Of a stretch of DNA of 64,000 bases, positions 62,001 through 64,000 are shown piece by piece. Origin of the DNA: Raillietiella orientalis (taxonomy: Eukaryota); NCBI GenBank assembly GCA_036172245.1, contig JAYWIR010000003.1:3038001-3102000 (forward strand), in the 5' to 3' direction. Within the stretch, counting starts at the first letter, position 1, and each line of letters opens with the position of its first letter. Below the pieces are notes generated by a model. It ran no database searches. It was given only the letters and a program-made list of their open reading frames with translations, and was not told the origin of the DNA. A program made the translations under genes and the position numbers.

Positions 62001-62998
62001 AAGCCACATGCCAAGTTGTGTTGCACCTGCTCGATCCAAGCAGCCCTGAACATGCTACCTTGTTCATAGGTCGCTTAATTCCTGTTATAGTGCGCAAGTT
62101 TGGGGACTGTTTAGGTGATCATCTGGATCAGCTGCTGAAAGCTGTACTGAGTAAGTTACAACGTGCCCAGGCTCTGAGCATCGAGCAGGTAAAAGTAATT
62201 TCAAAAACTGATAGAAATTGGAATTTGGGAACCAGAGTTTGATCCTCGTTTTTGCTCATCTTATTCATTTGCGACTTGAATTACTTCTTGATTTCTTGTC
62301 CATGGTTCCTGGCCCTACTGGCACGTCAGCACTGGAATTTGTACTTTCAAAGTGGTGTGCTAGGCAGTCTTTGTTTTATGGTAATTATGAGCGCAAAGTC
62401 AGGTAAAAATGCAATCGTAGGTTTTATGTTTGTCTTCAACTTTTGTTCTTTTGTTGTTAGCATATTAGCACTGTGTAAACTGTTAGATCATGCTTTGATC
62501 ACAAACAACATCCAGCTACAGAATATGGTCACTCCAGGAGACCAAATACTTGATGATAAAGGAGTATTAACTAGAAGACAGAGGACTAAGCAGCCCCTGC
62601 AATGGACCACTGTGCCTCTACTAGTAAAACTCGTCAAGTTAATAATCGGAGAATTGGACTATATTCTTGAAAACAAAATGGCTTCCAATGAAGAAGAGGT
62701 AATCTGAAACTTAAGTCCTCGAGTTTAAAGTAGCTATCGTGTGCGTGTTTTTTTTAAGAGTACTTCCGAGTCTTTGGAGGGTGATCAGGATGATATAATG
62801 GCACTGGATATCAGATACGACAGTAATCTGGAAGAGGAAGATCCTGATGCACTTGCTGATCCTCTGTATTCAATTAACTTGGAGCAGGCATTGCACGAGT
62901 TCCTTGTTCATTTGTCTATGAAAAGTTGTTTCACGACCTTTCTTAATCATCTGAATCCTCGTGAGCAACACACTCTCAAGAAATATAGGATTTTATAA
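59090..62998 (+). CDS. IPO9: Importin-9 (karyopherin-beta family), multi-exon
   Basis: [106 protein letters not shown] and [12 protein letters not shown]. Short GT-AG introns (e.g. exons 59090-59219, 59524-59734, 59835-60063, 60101-60467). Stop TAA at 62996-62998. Confidence 0.95.
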
Positions 62999-63009
62999 CA
63001 TACTTGCTT

Positions 63010-64000
63010 TCATTTACGTTTCTTGCTCTTAGATCTTGCTGCACTGGTGCTCTGTTTCCGTACTGTACACTTTTTGCAGTACCAATTCTCATCATCAGCA
63101 GGGGGAACTTGAATTCCTACGCACACCCTGAGACAAAAATCATAACATGCTCACACAGCGTGCTACATACCAATGATACCAGTCATCACAGCCATCACAT
63201 CCAATCATAGGACTGCCATCATCCTGTTTCCCACATCCAGGACAAATCCACACTTTATTGCCATGCTCATCCTAGACCCCACCAATTCTCAAATGCACAT
63301 TTTTGCAACAAATGCCTGCACTTACGATATATAAGCCTACTGTTTCTGTGATCAATTCAGCATCATCTTTTTTCTTTCCTTTAGATGCCACCTTCTTGTT
63401 ACCTTTGGTTCCAGAGCCTTTTCTGCCTTTATCTTCTAAATCATTATCTATCATTTTACTTCCTTTAGTTTTGGAAGAATCAATGTGAGTTAATGCTGCA
63501 AAACGTGCCAATTCTGGTGATCCACCTGGACTTTGGGTTTCCATTTTCTCATCATTTGCACCCATAAACTCATCTGCACTAACACTGCTGTCTTCACACC
63601 AGGTTTTCTTGCCAGCTTTGATGACACTAAAACAGAAGTTCCGTTGTTTCTCTGTTCTCAACTTACATCTTTGTGTGTCCATCCTGAGCATGAGAAAATG
63701 CGGAATCTTGAGATTCGCCGCTACCGAACTTAAAGGTAATTTTCGGTAAAGCATTTGCATCCCCTTTGTCTTGTCCTTCTGCATCTGAATCCGGTATTCT
63801 CATGTGCTTTCTCGAATCTTTGCTTTTTTCTTTTTTTTCATCTAGATCCTTTTGCATTCTTTCTGATTTTTGTTCTCCCATCCTGTCTACTTTCATCTTT
63901 TTAAACTTATTTATGTCTTTCTAATCCACAAACGACAATTTTTATTTTTCTCAAAAGCATACTTACATTGAGTGATTCTTTGGTTGATGAACGGCTCTTT
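63010..64000 (-). CDS. TAF3: TFIID subunit 3, C-terminal part (Lys-rich region + PHD finger); 5' end lies outside the window
   Basis: Spliced ITETVGLYI|DEHGNKVWICPGCGKQDDGSPMIGCDGCDDWYHW|VCVGIQVPPADDENWYCKKC (exons ending 63326, 63271-63171, 63127-63010) is the characteristic TAF3 PHD finger. It is missed by the ORF track. Confidence 0.92.

Noticed and set aside
63272..63784. ORF track 170-aa protein as a standalone gene
   Set aside because: It reads through introns. Splicing links it to the TAF3 PHD exons.

Overview
Eukaryotic (animal) genomic DNA with short GT-AG introns; the compact introns suggest a small invertebrate genome, possibly a basal nematode (inference only). The window has two compartments. 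About 1-55.5 kb is GC-rich and filled with nested decayed transposons: many mostly 5'-truncated copies of an L1/Tx1-like LINE family ending in a conserved CCCGG-N5-CCGGG hairpin with no poly(A), an ~850-bp tRNA-headed SINE-like family, hAT (Charlie-type) MITEs and piggyBac relics. It also holds two intact-looking GC-rich genes (a DOK4/5/6-like PH-PTB adaptor and CLN3/battenin) and a frameshifted SH3-SAM (SASH1/SAMSN1-like) relic. About 56-64 kb is AT-richer and lacks recognisable transposons. It carries a duplicated ~0.6-kb block, a possible unannotated multi-exon gene, importin-9 and the 3' end of TAF3; the IPO9 and TAF3 stop codons are only 11 bp apart. No prokaryotic systems, CRISPR arrays or canonical rRNA/tRNA genes were seen. 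Most ORFs in the supplied track are artefacts of GC-rich repeats. Transposon boundaries are approximate unless TIR or TSD coordinates are given.
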